DNA from: Desulfobulbus propionicus DSM 2032
GTDB lineage: Bacteria; Desulfobacterota; Desulfobulbia; Desulfobulbales; Desulfobulbaceae
Reading direction: 5' to 3'
DNA length: 32,000 bases
Assembly: GCF_000186885.1 (NCBI RefSeq)
Contig: NC_014972.1
Coordinates: 3,030,001-3,062,000, forward strand
The notes under the pieces are model-generated. The model did no database searches. It was not told the DNA's origin and saw nothing but the letters and a program-made list of their open reading frames with translations. This document shows positions 18,396-29,901 of this stretch, piece by piece (the stretch's first letter is position 1; each line of letters opens with the position of its first letter). Both the position numbers and the translations under genes were made by a program.

Positions 18396-18622
18396 TTGAG
18401 CGCGTCACTTTGCCGAATTTTCTTTATCGCAGGAAGTCAAGGCGGAATGGTTAGGAAAGTGCAGGCGAATCCTGTTCGATATCTACCTCGTTGCTCTTCG
18501 CTGCCCTCAAAACTGTGCGATAGTGGGTTGGCCCCTCTTTCTCTCATACCATCGCGGTGTGGAAACAATCTGTTCCCCGATGATTGATACGAACCGCGTA
18601 TCGTGCTAAATCCTGCAAAAAC

Positions 18623-18655
18623 AAAAAAAGCCGCCTTTTTGCAAGGCGGCTTTTT
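18623..18655 (-). terminator. Rho-independent (bidirectional-looking) terminator after the ATP synthase operon
   Basis: GCCGCCTT-tttgc-AAGGCGGC stem flanked by A-tract on the left and T-tract on the right (AAAAAGCCGCCTTTTTGCAAGGCGGCTTTTT). Confidence 0.92.
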
Positions 18656-18678
18656 CATATTACGTATTGGTAAACCAA

Positions 18679-19095
18679 TCAGTGTCGAGCTAATTCTGCG
18701 GTGCGCAGACGGGCCATCGCCCTTTGCAGGGCGGCTTCAGCACGGACTCGATTGATCTTTTCCGTTGCCTGCTGGGTTTGCGTCAGACGTTTCTCGGCTC
18801 GCTCTTTGGCTCGCAGGGCGCGATCCACGTCAATCTCGTTGCCAAACTCAGCGCTTTCGACAAGAAAAGTGATTTTGTTGTTTGAGACCTCGGTAAACCC
18901 TCCGGTCACCATCAAATATTTGGTCACACGGTCTTTCTTGAAGCTCAAGGTACCGGTTTTGATGGTACTTAAAAAAGGAGCATGATTGGCAAGTACACCA
19001 AACTCACCACCCACGCCGGGCGCAGTGACGATATCAACCTCTTCACTAACAACCGCTCCGTTCGGGGTTACAACTTCCAATTGAATTTGTGCCAT
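18679..19095 (-). CDS. atpC: ATP synthase F1 subunit epsilon
   Basis: [45 protein letters not shown]; terminal position in atp operon. Confidence 0.97.
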   Translation of the reverse strand: MAQIQLEVVTPNGAVVSEEVDIVTAPGVGGEFGVLANHAPFLSTIKTGTLSFKKDRVTKYLMVTGGFTEVSNNKITFLVESAEFGNEIDVDRALRAKERAEKRLTQTQQATEKINRVRAEAALQRAMARLRTAELARH

Positions 19096-19123
19096 TGCTC
19101 GTACCTCAGATCAGAAAAAAGGA

Positions 19124-20560
<1,437 letters not shown>

Positions 20561-20594
20561 CTAAACTAGTCAAATACCAAGCGGTATCAAATTA

Positions 20595-21473
20595 TCATTT
20601 AAGCGCCTCGGCGCCGCCGACGATATCCATCAATTCGCCGGTAACAGCGGCTTGGCGTGCTTTGTTGTACAACCGGGTCAGGGCTGTGATCATATCTTTA
20701 CATGCGTTGGTGGCGTTATCCATGGCTGTCATACGGGCAGCATGTTCACTAGCGCCAACTTCCAGCATGGCATGGTAGATTTGTACATTGAGAAACAGGG
20801 GAAGCAGCACTTCCATGATCTCGTTGGGATCCGGTTCGTAGGTATAGGCACCGCCCGTTCCTACGGTTGACTGAGCTTCATCTTGCTCGGCGACGAGGGG
20901 CTTGATCGGCAGGAGTTCTTCCACTTCCGGTTTCTGGACTGCAACCGAATAGAATTTTCCGTAAACGATATCCACCTGATCGCTTTCGCCGGCAAGGAAG
21001 GCCTCAGTGATATTCTGAGAAATCTCACGGGCGTTGAACATCTGGAAGGAGCCCATGATATCGACAAACGACCGACGCAGTTTCCCAGATTTCTTGAATA
21101 CCTGGGTTCCTTTCTTCCCGACAGTGACGAAAGTGACGTTCTTGCCTTCGGCCTCGTACTGTTTTCTGAGTTTATCGGCAGTTTTAATGATGTTGGCATT
21201 AAAGCTACCGCATAGGCCGCGATCGGAAGTGACCACCACGATTTCGACGGTCTTTACCTCACGGACCTCCATCAAGGGAAGATCGGTGCTCTCCATGCCG
21301 CCAGACAAATCGCGCATGGCTTCGGCGAATTTCGCGGCATACGGTCGAAAGCGCTCCATCTTTTCCTGGGCGCCGCGCAGTTTCGCCGAGGCCACCATGT
21401 TCATGGCCTTGGTAATCTGCGCGGTTTTCTTTACACCGGCGATTTTATTTTTAACGTCCTTTAATCCAGGCAT
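20595..21473 (-). CDS. atpG: ATP synthase F1 subunit gamma
   Basis: MPGLKDVKNKIAGVKKTAQITKAMNMVASAKLR; C-terminal MTAMDNATNACKDMITALTRLYNKARQAAVTGELMDIVGGAEAL. Confidence 0.98.
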   Translation of the reverse strand: MPGLKDVKNKIAGVKKTAQITKAMNMVASAKLRGAQEKMERFRPYAAKFAEAMRDLSGGMESTDLPLMEVREVKTVEIVVVTSDRGLCGSFNANIIKTADKLRKQYEAEGKNVTFVTVGKKGTQVFKKSGKLRRSFVDIMGSFQMFNAREISQNITEAFLAGESDQVDIVYGKFYSVAVQKPEVEELLPIKPLVAEQDEAQSTVGTGGAYTYEPDPNEIMEVLLPLFLNVQIYHAMLEVGASEHAARMTAMDNATNACKDMITALTRLYNKARQAAVTGELMDIVGGAEALK

Positions 21474-21491
21474 AAGAATTTACCCTTGTGC

Positions 21492-23015
21492 TCAGTTCAG
21501 GCCCTTTGTTGCCTTGAAGGTCTCACCAAAGGTTGCCAGTGTCTTTTTCATCTTCTCTTCCAACTCAGGAGAAATCACCTGCTTTTCGCGGAGTTCGTTG
21601 AAGATTGAAGGTTCGTTGGTCTCAATATAGCTATACAGTTCCTTCTCATAGTCAGCCAAGACGTTGACCGGGAATTTGTCCAGGAAGCCTTTGGTCCCCG
21701 CAAAGATAATGGTGACCTGCTTTTCCATGGGCAACGGCTGGTATTGCGGCTGCTTGAGGATTTCAACCAAACGTTCACCGCGGGTCAGCTGAGCCTGGGT
21801 GGCGGCATCGAGATCGGAACCGAAGCTGGCGAAAGCGGCCAGCTCGCGATACTGGGCCAAGTCAAGCCGCAGGGTACCGGCGACCTGCTTCATGGCCTTG
21901 ACCTGAGCGGCACCACCAACGCGGGAAACCGACAGACCGACGTTGATCGCCGGGCGGACGCCGGCGAAGAACAGGTTCGGTTCCAGATAGACCTGACCGT
22001 CGGTGATGGAGATAACGTTGGTCGGGATGAAGGCGGAAACGTCACCGGCCTGGGTCTCGATGATCGGCAGAGCGGTCAGGGAGCCGGCGCCGAGGGCATC
22101 GCTCACCTTGGAGGCGCGCTCCAGCAGACGGGAGTGGTTGAAGAAAATGTCGCCCGGATAGGCCTCACGTCCCGGAGGACGACGGAGCAGCAGGGAGAGT
22201 TCGCGGTAAGCGACAGCCTGTTTGGAAAGATCATCGTAGATGATCAGGGCGTGCTGTCCTTTATCGCGGAAGTATTCACCCATGGCGCAGCCGGCAAAGG
22301 CGGAGACATACTGCATCGGCGCGGGGTCGGAGGCGCAGGCGGCGACTACGGTGGTGTACTCCATGGCACCGTGCTTACGCAGGGCCTCGACAACCAGGGC
22401 CACAGTGGATTTTTTCTGACCGATGGCAACGTAGATACAATGCACATCCGTGTTCTTTTGGGCGATGATCGCGTCGACACACAGCGCGGTCTTGCCGATC
22501 TGACGGTCACCGATGACCAGCTCGCGCTGACCGCGACCAACCGGGGTCATGGCGTCGACCGCCTTGGCGCCGGTGTAGCATGGCTCGTGCACGCTCTTCC
22601 GCGCGATAACACCAGGGGCGAGGACTTCGATCTTGCGGGTTTCTGAGGCGCTGATCGGACCCTTGCCATCGATCGGCTGCCCAATACCGTCCACAACACG
22701 GCCTTCCATTTCCGGACCAACCGGCACCTCGGCGATGCGCCCTGTCCGTTTGACGATATCGCCTTCTTTAATGTCGCGAACATCACCAAGGATGGCGCAA
22801 CCAACATTGTCGGCCTCAAGGTTCAGTGCCAAGCCAAAAATTCCGCCGGGGAACTCGAGCAACTCCATGGCCTGACAATTTTCAACACCATAGACGCGGG
22901 CAATACCGTCACCGACAGACAACACGGTTCCGGTTTCCTTCAAGTCGATATCTGCTTTATAGCCAGCAATCTGATCTTTTATAATCTGGCTGATTTCTTC
23001 GGCTTTGATCTGCAT
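21492..23015 (-). CDS. atpA: ATP synthase F1 subunit alpha
   Basis: [68 protein letters not shown]. Confidence 0.99.
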   Translation of the reverse strand: MQIKAEEISQIIKDQIAGYKADIDLKETGTVLSVGDGIARVYGVENCQAMELLEFPGGIFGLALNLEADNVGCAILGDVRDIKEGDIVKRTGRIAEVPVGPEMEGRVVDGIGQPIDGKGPISASETRKIEVLAPGVIARKSVHEPCYTGAKAVDAMTPVGRGQRELVIGDRQIGKTALCVDAIIAQKNTDVHCIYVAIGQKKSTVALVVEALRKHGAMEYTTVVAACASDPAPMQYVSAFAGCAMGEYFRDKGQHALIIYDDLSKQAVAYRELSLLLRRPPGREAYPGDIFFNHSRLLERASKVSDALGAGSLTALPIIETQAGDVSAFIPTNVISITDGQVYLEPNLFFAGVRPAINVGLSVSRVGGAAQVKAMKQVAGTLRLDLAQYRELAAFASFGSDLDAATQAQLTRGERLVEILKQPQYQPLPMEKQVTIIFAGTKGFLDKFPVNVLADYEKELYSYIETNEPSIFNELREKQVISPELEEKMKKTLATFGETFKATKGLN

Positions 23016-23018
23016 TGA

Positions 23019-23567
23019 TTATTCTCTCCCCTTGATAGATTCCTTTAATCCATTCAGTTGTGTCTTTATACTTCCGTCCAGCACCAAGTCACCAACCTTG
23101 GCTATAATCCCGCCTATAATGGACGGATCGACCTGGGTTTCAAGTATAACCTTATTTCCTGTCAGTTTTTCCAATGTTGCCTGAATCTTGTCCAGCAAGG
23201 TCTGGTCAAGTTCAATGGCGGAAATGATGGATCCATGGCTGATATTCTGATCCTTGTCCACCATCACCTGCATTTCCATGGCGATGTCGGGCAAGATATC
23301 GGCACGCTTCTTTTCAACCAGCAGATTCAAAAAGCTGGTCATGATCGCGTCTGCCTGAACGGATTCCGCGATCTTGGCCATGACTTTCTGCCGAACATCC
23401 AGCGGATACAGCGGGTTGTTCAGAGCATCGCCCACGCCGGTTTCTCCTTCACCGTACAAGCCGGCGATGGCATTGAGCATCTCACTGTATTCGCCGGTTT
23501 TTCCCTGCTCCTTTCCCAAGGAAAAGAGCGCTTTTGCATATCGACGAGCTAGTATTGTCTGTCTCAC
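23019..23567 (-). CDS. atpH: ATP synthase F1 subunit delta
   Basis: [15 protein letters not shown]-type N-terminus ([27 protein letters not shown]), C-terminal [34 protein letters not shown]-like sequence; operon context. Confidence 0.96.
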   Translation of the reverse strand: [182 protein letters not shown]

Positions 23568-24292
23568 TGTACCGCACCCACTCTTTCAAGATACTGTTCA
23601 GTAATCGCGACCTGATCCGCAGGGGTCAGATTCTTCACGATCAACTCTTCAGCCATGGCCGCCGCCTGCTCCGCAATCTCTTCCCGGAGAATACGCTTGG
23701 CATCTTCCAGCTCAGCCTGCACGGCTGCCTCAGCCTGACGCTTGATATCTTCAGCGGCCTTTTCGGCATCCGCTAAAATTCGCTCTTTTTCCACCTGTGC
23801 CTGGGCGATCGCCCGCTCGACGATCAGCTCCATTTCCTTTTCCATGCCGGCGAGCTTAACCTCAAAATCCTTATAGGCTCGTTCCGCCTCGTCACGCCGA
23901 GCAGTGAGATCTTCGAGTTCTTCGCGGATCTGTTGCTGCCGACCGCTCAAACCGGACATGATCGGCTTGGCGCCGAATTTGACCAGAATGACGACCAGGG
24001 CGAGAAAATTGACCGCCCGCCAAAACAAATCTTTCAATTTTTCCGGCGACAACGAGCCGCCGTGCGCCTCTCCATGCCCCGCATCGCCATGGGCATCAGC
24101 CTTGGCACCGTGGGTATCGGCGGCCACCTCGTGACCCGCAGCCGCAGGGGCAGCGGCGTGTGTGTCGGCTTTCACCTCCTGATGCGGAGCGGCGGCCGGG
24201 GTTTCGGTGGCGGCGGCGATGGCCGGCGGCAACGCGCCGATCAAAATCGCCAGCAACACCGACCGTACTACAGTTGTGATGCAAGTTCTCAT
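23564..24292 (-). CDS. atpF: ATP synthase F0 subunit b with signal-like N-terminus and His/Ala-rich extracytoplasmic segment
   Basis: Single TM LFWRAVNFLALVVILVKFGAKPIMSGL followed by long charged helix, preceded by hydrophobic leader and H/A/D/G-rich region; overlaps atpH by 4 nt. Confidence 0.92.
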   Translation of the reverse strand: MRTCITTVVRSVLLAILIGALPPAIAAATETPAAAPHQEVKADTHAAAPAAAGHEVAADTHGAKADAHGDAGHGEAHGGSLSPEKLKDLFWRAVNFLALVVILVKFGAKPIMSGLSGRQQQIREELEDLTARRDEAERAYKDFEVKLAGMEKEMELIVERAIAQAQVEKERILADAEKAAEDIKRQAEAAVQAELEDAKRILREEIAEQAAAMAEELIVKNLTPADQVAITEQYLERVGAVQ

Positions 24293-24720
24293 GCGTCCAG
24301 ACTCCTTCCAAGTATCTTTCCTGCCATTGCCTGGGCGAAACCCGCGGCATTTCCTTGAAGCTCTTTTCTGGCGGCCTCCATCTGCGACCGAAGCTCGGCC
24401 AGTTGTTTTTCCTTCACGCTATCGGATTCCTTGCGGATCGTCGCCAATTTCTCGGCACCGGCTGTTTGAGCCTGGGCGCGGGCGCCATCCAAGGCTTTCT
24501 TGGCCTTGCTGCTCGCCTCCCGCATTTTTGCGTCCAGTTCTGCTTGGCGCTGACGGGCATTCTGCTCGAATTGAGCAACATCGCCATTCAGGGATTCGAT
24601 TTTTTGGGCCCGCTTTTCCAGGATTCCCAGCACGGGCTTGTACAGAATTGCATTGAGGACGAACATCAATACAATCATGTTCACAATGTGCATCAACAGT
24701 GTAACATCAATCGAAATCAT
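24289..24720 (-). CDS. ATP synthase F0 subunit b' (second b-type subunit)
   Basis: MISIDVTLLMHIVNMIVLMFVLNAILYKPVLGILEKRAQKIESLNGDVAQFEQNARQRQAELDAKMREAS; overlaps atpF start. Confidence 0.92.
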   Translation of the reverse strand: MISIDVTLLMHIVNMIVLMFVLNAILYKPVLGILEKRAQKIESLNGDVAQFEQNARQRQAELDAKMREASSKAKKALDGARAQAQTAGAEKLATIRKESDSVKEKQLAELRSQMEAARKELQGNAAGFAQAMAGKILGRSLDA

Positions 24721-25023
24721 ACTAACTACCCCTTATAACAGATAATATGGCAATTACCCGCCAAAGCAAGTGAATGGCGGTTCATCTTCCGCTCCGGATA
24801 ACTACTGAAAAATGCAACTGCTGTCAAATCTTTTTAAATAATATTTATAGGATTTTTCAGTTATGCTTGTTGCTGGTCTTGACAAAAACAACTCGGACGC
24901 GAATCCCTGCATCAGCAGGTCAGCGGCGCCTGCAAACAGACTTGCCCGCAGCGCGGAGCAAAAATAGCGTACCACCGGCAAATTGCCAAATGGTATTTTC
25001 CTTCCCTCCGTGTTTCTTCCTCC

Positions 25024-26031
25024 TCAGGGAACCGTGCCTGCCGAGTCGCCCACCCATCCCACCAACCGCTCCATCCCCTCATCGGTGGTCACCTGTTGAC
25101 GGTAGCCGAGCAGCTCTCTTGCCTTGCGATGACTGAACCAATGGGAGTGTGCCAGCTGATGGGCGAGAAAACGAGTCATTCGCGGTTCTTCCTCCTTGCC
25201 GAACACGGCATGCGCACTCTCCAACAGTGCTCCCGCCACATAGGCAAGGTTGAACGACAACCGCTGGGTGACCGGCGGGATTTGCAACCGATTGAACAAA
25301 TCGTTGATCCACGACCAGAGCTCGACCGGTTCATCCTGGCCGATGAAAAACGCCTGCCCGGCACCGCTGCCGCTAGCGTGGAGATTCTCCGACGCCAGGA
25401 GATGGGCATGGATCACATTGTCGATATAGGCGATATCGACACGATTACGGCCCGAGCCGACGATTTTCAACTGTCCGGCCCTGCCACGCGCCAGCAGTCG
25501 AGGAATGAGATGCTGGTCACCCGGGCCCCAAACCAGATGCGGCCGGAGGGCAATGGTCCGCAATTCATCGCCGTTGGCCCGCAGAACCGCCTGCTCGGCC
25601 ACGATCTTGGAGGCCGCGTAGTGGCATAACGGTCGGCGGGCATAGGGGATGCTTTCGTCGACCCCTTCAAGACTCTGCCGGTCGAAGACCACCGAAGGGG
25701 TCGAGGTGTAGACCAGCTTAGGCACGCCGTTTTTTCGGCAGGCAGCGATGACGTTCTTGGTGCCGGTGACGTTAATGGCAACGTATTCCTGACGTGGGCC
25801 CCAGATACCGGCCTTGGCGGCGACATGAAAGACGGTGTCCTGGCCAACCGTGACCTGCTCCAAAAAGCGGCGATCACGAATGTCGCCCTGCAAGCAGCGT
25901 ACTCCCAGGGCCGTGAGTTCCGGGTAGGGGTTGCGGCCCACCACCGTGACCTCGACGCCCCGGCTGACCAGCTCTCGCACCAGGGCCTTGCCGATAAAAC
26001 CGCCTCCGCCGGTGACCAACACCCTGTTCAT
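25024..26031 (-). CDS. oleD: NAD(P)-dependent 2-alkyl-3-oxoalkanoate reductase, OleD-type (SDR/3beta-HSD family)
   Basis: MNRVLVTGGGGFIGKALVRELVSRG, VFHVAAKAGIWGPRQEYVAINVTGTKNVIAACRKNGVPKLVYTSTPSVVF, YAASK, LRPHLVWGPGDQHLIPRL. Context next to oleC. Confidence 0.88.
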   Translation of the reverse strand: MNRVLVTGGGGFIGKALVRELVSRGVEVTVVGRNPYPELTALGVRCLQGDIRDRRFLEQVTVGQDTVFHVAAKAGIWGPRQEYVAINVTGTKNVIAACRKNGVPKLVYTSTPSVVFDRQSLEGVDESIPYARRPLCHYAASKIVAEQAVLRANGDELRTIALRPHLVWGPGDQHLIPRLLARGRAGQLKIVGSGRNRVDIAYIDNVIHAHLLASENLHASGSGAGQAFFIGQDEPVELWSWINDLFNRLQIPPVTQRLSFNLAYVAGALLESAHAVFGKEEEPRMTRFLAHQLAHSHWFSHRKARELLGYRQQVTTDEGMERLVGWVGDSAGTVP

Positions 26032-26115
26032 GCTCCCCTCTCCTGCCCTGTTGTGATGTGTTTTCGCTGTCCACCCTGCCGTGTCCACCATCCGCCCCGG
26101 ATGGCCCCGCCTCTA

Positions 26116-27741
26116 TCAGCCGCAGGGCAGTTGCACCCGTTTGCACGCCCAATCGGCCAGCTGTTCACGAAAAATTTTGGCGTTGTGGCGGATATCGACC
26201 GGAAAGGACCGATGGACGAGAAAGTGCTCGATATTCGCGGTCAAGGGATTGGCCAAGGCCAGTTGCCGCAGTTCAACAAAGAGTTGCTGCTCGTCGGCCA
26301 CTGGCCCCACGGGCTCAACCACGATGACCGGTGTCTGCTCCCCCCAGGGGCCCAGCCCGATCAGGGCCGAGCGGCGCACCCGGGGATGTTCGTTGAAGAT
26401 CGCCTCGCAGCAGATGGTGTAGCGCATCCCCTGGGCCGTGCGCACCCGGTGGGCCTTGCGACCGCAGAACCAGAGGCGGCCCTGCGCATCGAGATAGCCC
26501 ATGTCGCCCATGCGGTGCCAGAAGGTGTCGTTGTCTGCAATCTTGGCCAGCCGCGTTTCCTCCCCATTGCCCGCATAGGCCCGGGTGACCACCGGACCGC
26601 GGACCACGATCTCGCCGATGGTTCCCGGAGGCAGCACGCGCACCTCCGACCATGACTCGATGGGGCCGTCCATGGATTCGATGATCCGCACGTCGATCCC
26701 CGGCAGGGCACGGCCGACACAGGCGCCGTGGCCCATACGGGTCAGGGGCCAGGTCTGGTCGACAATCTCCCGCCCCTCGATCGAGGCCACTGGCAGACTC
26801 TCGGTGGCGCCGTAGGGGGTGAAAATCTGGGCATCAGGCGGCAAAATCCGTTGCATCCGTTCGATTAGTTCCCCAGACACCGGGGCGCCGGCCATCAAGA
26901 CCTTCCGTACCGGCAGGACGATGCCCTGTTCCAGGCAGTGGCGGCTGACCACGTTCCAGATCGCCGGCGAGCCAAAGGAGTAGGTCACCTGATGGGCCTG
27001 CAAGGTGCGGACGAACTTGACCGGATCGACCTGGGCCGGCCGGGTCGGATCCATGTCCGGAATGACCGCTTGGGCGCCGAGGGCAGTGGCAAAGAGGCCA
27101 AAAAGGGGAAAACCCGGCTGATCGACATCGCCGGGACCGATGCCGTAATAATCGCGGATCAGTTGCAGTTGGGTGTGGAAGATGCCGTGGGTATACTCCA
27201 CCCCCTTGGGTGGGCCGGTGGAGCCGGTGGTGAAGATGATGGCCGCTAGGTCATTGTCCTCGGCCGCATGGCGGGGCGGCGAATTGATTGTGGCCGGTAG
27301 CGTGAGCCGCCGAGCCCCCCACAGCATCCCCCTGCCCACCCCCAGCCGCCGACGGACCGAGCCAAAAGGCGCCCGGAAGAGACGACTGAACAGGATCGCC
27401 TTCGAGATCCCGATCAGCACATCCGGCCGGACCGAGCCGATGCAGCGCAGTAAATTTTTATACCCCATGCCCGGATCGATGAGGATGACCACCGCCCCCA
27501 ACTGAAAGAGGGCAAAGGTCAGGCAGACGAATTCCATCGAGGGCCGGACCATCAGCATGACCCGGTCCCCCTGGCGTACCCCTTCGTCATACAGGGCTGT
27601 GGCGTAGCCATCGCTGTTGCGCCCCAGATCGGCAAAGGTCCATTGGCGCCATTGCTTGCCATCCAGGGCCACCAGGGCGGTTTGCTCTCCCAGGGTGGCC
27701 GCAGACTGGTGCAGGGCGGAAGCGATATTGCAATCCCTCAT
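26116..27741 (-). CDS. oleC: OleC-type AMP-forming beta-lactone synthetase
   Basis: 541 aa ANL superfamily: ALVALDGKQWRQWTF, AAIIFTTGSTGPPKGVEYTHGIF, FPLFGLFATALG, IPDMDPTRPAQVDP, FTPYGATESLPVASIEG, RMGDMGYLDAQGRLWFCGRKAHRV. Overlaps oleB by ATGA. Confidence 0.9.
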   Translation of the reverse strand: MRDCNIASALHQSAATLGEQTALVALDGKQWRQWTFADLGRNSDGYATALYDEGVRQGDRVMLMVRPSMEFVCLTFALFQLGAVVILIDPGMGYKNLLRCIGSVRPDVLIGISKAILFSRLFRAPFGSVRRRLGVGRGMLWGARRLTLPATINSPPRHAAEDNDLAAIIFTTGSTGPPKGVEYTHGIFHTQLQLIRDYYGIGPGDVDQPGFPLFGLFATALGAQAVIPDMDPTRPAQVDPVKFVRTLQAHQVTYSFGSPAIWNVVSRHCLEQGIVLPVRKVLMAGAPVSGELIERMQRILPPDAQIFTPYGATESLPVASIEGREIVDQTWPLTRMGHGACVGRALPGIDVRIIESMDGPIESWSEVRVLPPGTIGEIVVRGPVVTRAYAGNGEETRLAKIADNDTFWHRMGDMGYLDAQGRLWFCGRKAHRVRTAQGMRYTICCEAIFNEHPRVRRSALIGLGPWGEQTPVIVVEPVGPVADEQQLFVELRQLALANPLTANIEHFLVHRSFPVDIRHNAKIFREQLADWACKRVQLPCG

Positions 27742-28613
27742 GGCCCCTCCTGGGCGCGGTGGAGGAAGTCCTCGATCAGAGGGCTGATCGCCTCCAGACC
27801 ATCCTCAAGAACATAGTGGCCGGCCTCTAAAAAATAGTGCGCCTCGGCCTGGGGAAAGCGTCGCCGCCACTCCTGGTAAAAGCTGTCGTTGAAACAGAAA
27901 TCACGCCCGCCCCAGCAGAGCATGAGCGGCATGTCCCGCAGCCGCGCCAAAGACTGCTCGACCTCCACCAGGGTCGGCCAGGAGGGATGGTCTGCCTCCA
28001 TGGGGATATCCTCGACAAAGCGGAGCACCGCGATCCGGTTGCGCCAGCTGTCGTAGGGGGCGAGAAACCCCTTGGCCACCTCAGGCCGCAGCCGCTTGCG
28101 CACGGCCATGAACACGGCCGCGCCGGCGAACCCGTTCAGACCGCGCACCAGCAGCGGCCCGATCAGCGGCCAGCGGCAAACAGCGATGCGCAGGGGGATG
28201 CGACGGGAGCAAAAGGCGGCGGTGTTGAGCACCACCGCACCGGCCACCCGCTCGGGATGCCGGCCGGCCCAGCCCATGCCGATGGCTCCGCCCCAGTCGT
28301 GGACCACCAGGGTGCAACGCTCCACCCCGAGATGATCGAGCAGCCGCTCGAGGTTGTCGATATGGGTGCGCAGCCGGTAGGGGTAGGATTGCGGCTTGTC
28401 GGAGAAGCCGCAGCCGATATGGTCGGGCACGATGCACCGGTAACGATCGCGCAGGCCGGACACCAGATTGCGATAGAGATAGGACCAGGAAGGGTTGCCA
28501 TGGACCATGACCACGACCGGCCCCTGGCCCTCGTCGAGATAGGCCAGCCGGTGGCCATCAAGATCGAAAAAACGGGGCTGAAACGGATATTCCGCCAAGG
28601 GTTGGGAATTCAT
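27738..28613 (-). CDS. oleB: OleB-type alpha/beta hydrolase (beta-lactone decarboxylase, haloalkane-dehalogenase-like fold)
   Basis: Start at MNSQPLAEYPFQPRFFDLDGHRLAYLDEG; VVMVHGNPSWSYLYRNLV, LVVHDWGGAIGMGWAGRHPERV (nucleophile Asp), HYFLEAGHYVLED (His). Longer ORF to 28991 is a spurious extension into oleA. Confidence 0.88.
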   Translation of the reverse strand: MNSQPLAEYPFQPRFFDLDGHRLAYLDEGQGPVVVMVHGNPSWSYLYRNLVSGLRDRYRCIVPDHIGCGFSDKPQSYPYRLRTHIDNLERLLDHLGVERCTLVVHDWGGAIGMGWAGRHPERVAGAVVLNTAAFCSRRIPLRIAVCRWPLIGPLLVRGLNGFAGAAVFMAVRKRLRPEVAKGFLAPYDSWRNRIAVLRFVEDIPMEADHPSWPTLVEVEQSLARLRDMPLMLCWGGRDFCFNDSFYQEWRRRFPQAEAHYFLEAGHYVLEDGLEAISPLIEDFLHRAQEGP

Positions 28614-29653
28614 TACCAGTCGATGCCCAGCATGAGCGAATTGATGCCCGAGCCGATGCCCAGGATGGCGGCCCGCTGTCCGGCACCCAAGGCGCCCTGC
28701 TCGATGCCCAAGGCCATGGTAATGGGCGCGGACACCGAACCAACGTTGCCCAACAGGGGCAGGGTCTCGAAATTCTTGGCCGGATCGAGTTCCAGGGTCT
28801 CGAACAGCAGTTGGGCGTGGGCCTTGCCGACCTGATGACAAAAGAAGCGGTCGATGGAACCCTTGTCCCAGCCCAAGGTGGCGTGAAACTGCTGCCAGCA
28901 GGCGGCCGCGGTCTCGATGCCCTTTTCCAGCAGCTGCTCGGAATCGGTGGACATGAGCGTGCCCTGTTCGGCATTCTGCCCGCCCTGGCAAAGATCGTTG
29001 TGGACGGTCTGGGCCCAGCAGGCGCCGCCGTGCAGATAATGGCCGGTATCCCGGTAGTCACGCCGGGTCATCACCAGGGCCACGGCCCCCGAGCCGATGG
29101 TCAGGGAGGCAAAGAGAGGCTTGATCGATTTGCGGGTCAGTCCGGTTTCGGCGAGCAGATGGGCCAGGGTGGATTCGACCAGACCCTCGGCGGTCTCGCC
29201 CGCCACCACCAACCCGGCCTTGACCTGTCCCAATTCCAGCATGTTGGCCAGCATGATCATGCCGTCAAGAAAGCCGAGACAGGCGTTGGAAATGTCAAAC
29301 AGCAAACAGGACGAGGGCAGCCCCAGGCTGCGATGGACAAAGGCGGCGGTGGCCGGCTCCATCATGTCGCGGCTCACCGAGGTAAAGAGCAGACAGCCGA
29401 GATCGGCCACGTCCACCCCGGCCTTGGCCATGGCATCTGCTCCAGCGGCTGCCGCCCCTGCGCTTGGCCGGGTGCCGGGTTGCCACAGACGCCGGGTGTT
29501 GATCCCGGTCATCAGCTCCAGTCGACCGGCCGGCAGCTTCAGCCGCTCATAGAGGGGCTGAAGCCGCTCCTCGATCGCCGCCGAAGACAACTCCACCGGC
29601 GGCAGTTGATAGCCGAAGTCGTGCAAACAGACCTGGGTGTAACGCAAAGTCAT
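28613..29653 (-). CDS. oleA: OleA-type thiolase-fold 3-oxoacyl synthase (head-to-head acyl condensation)
   Basis: Start at [31 protein letters not shown]; FabH-like active site DISNACLGFLDGM, FCHQVGKAHAQ, LPLLGNVGSVSAPITMALG, IGSGINSLMLGI. Confidence 0.9.
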   Translation of the reverse strand: MTLRYTQVCLHDFGYQLPPVELSSAAIEERLQPLYERLKLPAGRLELMTGINTRRLWQPGTRPSAGAAAAGADAMAKAGVDVADLGCLLFTSVSRDMMEPATAAFVHRSLGLPSSCLLFDISNACLGFLDGMIMLANMLELGQVKAGLVVAGETAEGLVESTLAHLLAETGLTRKSIKPLFASLTIGSGAVALVMTRRDYRDTGHYLHGGACWAQTVHNDLCQGGQNAEQGTLMSTDSEQLLEKGIETAAACWQQFHATLGWDKGSIDRFFCHQVGKAHAQLLFETLELDPAKNFETLPLLGNVGSVSAPITMALGIEQGALGAGQRAAILGIGSGINSLMLGIDW

Positions 29654-29901
29654 TTGGGCACCTTGAAGCTGTTGGCCCAGGCGATCAGCAAGGCGGCCAG
29701 GGCCAGATCGTCCATGACGCCGAGCACCGGCACCCATTCGGGAATGAGATCGTAGGGAGAAACGGTATAGAGCAGGCCAAGAGCGAGCGCGACCTTCACC
29801 CCCAGGGGGGTGGTCGGCGAGAGAAACACATCTTTTGTGTGAAGGAGCATCTGCCACAACCGGGCGAGCATTGGCCACTGCTGCATGGCGTCGTCCCTCA
29901 A
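29650..29901 (-). CDS. DUF1232 (YkvA-like) small membrane protein
   Basis: 83 aa with [37 protein letters not shown], the DUF1232 signature. Start TTG at 29901 or ATG at 29886. Confidence 0.82.
   Translation of the reverse strand: MRDDAMQQWPMLARLWQMLLHTKDVFLSPTTPLGVKVALALGLLYTVSPYDLIPEWVPVLGVMDDLALAALLIAWANSFKVPK

Noticed and set aside
24774-25136. 120-aa ORF between the atp operon and oleD
   Set aside because: Overlaps the 3' end of oleD antisense and has low-complexity Pro/Ser content; likely spurious.
27837-28835. 332-aa plus-strand ORF antisense to oleB
   Set aside because: Low-complexity, no recognisable domain; the opposite frame carries clear alpha/beta hydrolase and OleA motifs. 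Long shadow ORFs are expected in GC-rich coding DNA.
27738-28991. Possible N-terminally extended OleB (417 aa) or OleA-OleB overlap protein
   Set aside because: The first ~125 residues are out-of-frame translation of oleA; the family start MNSQPLAEYPFQPRFFDLDG at 28613 forms a normal TAATG junction.
28811-29755. 314-aa plus-strand ORF antisense to oleA
   Set aside because: Mirror ORF; the minus-strand gene has the OleA active-site Cys/His/Asn regions.
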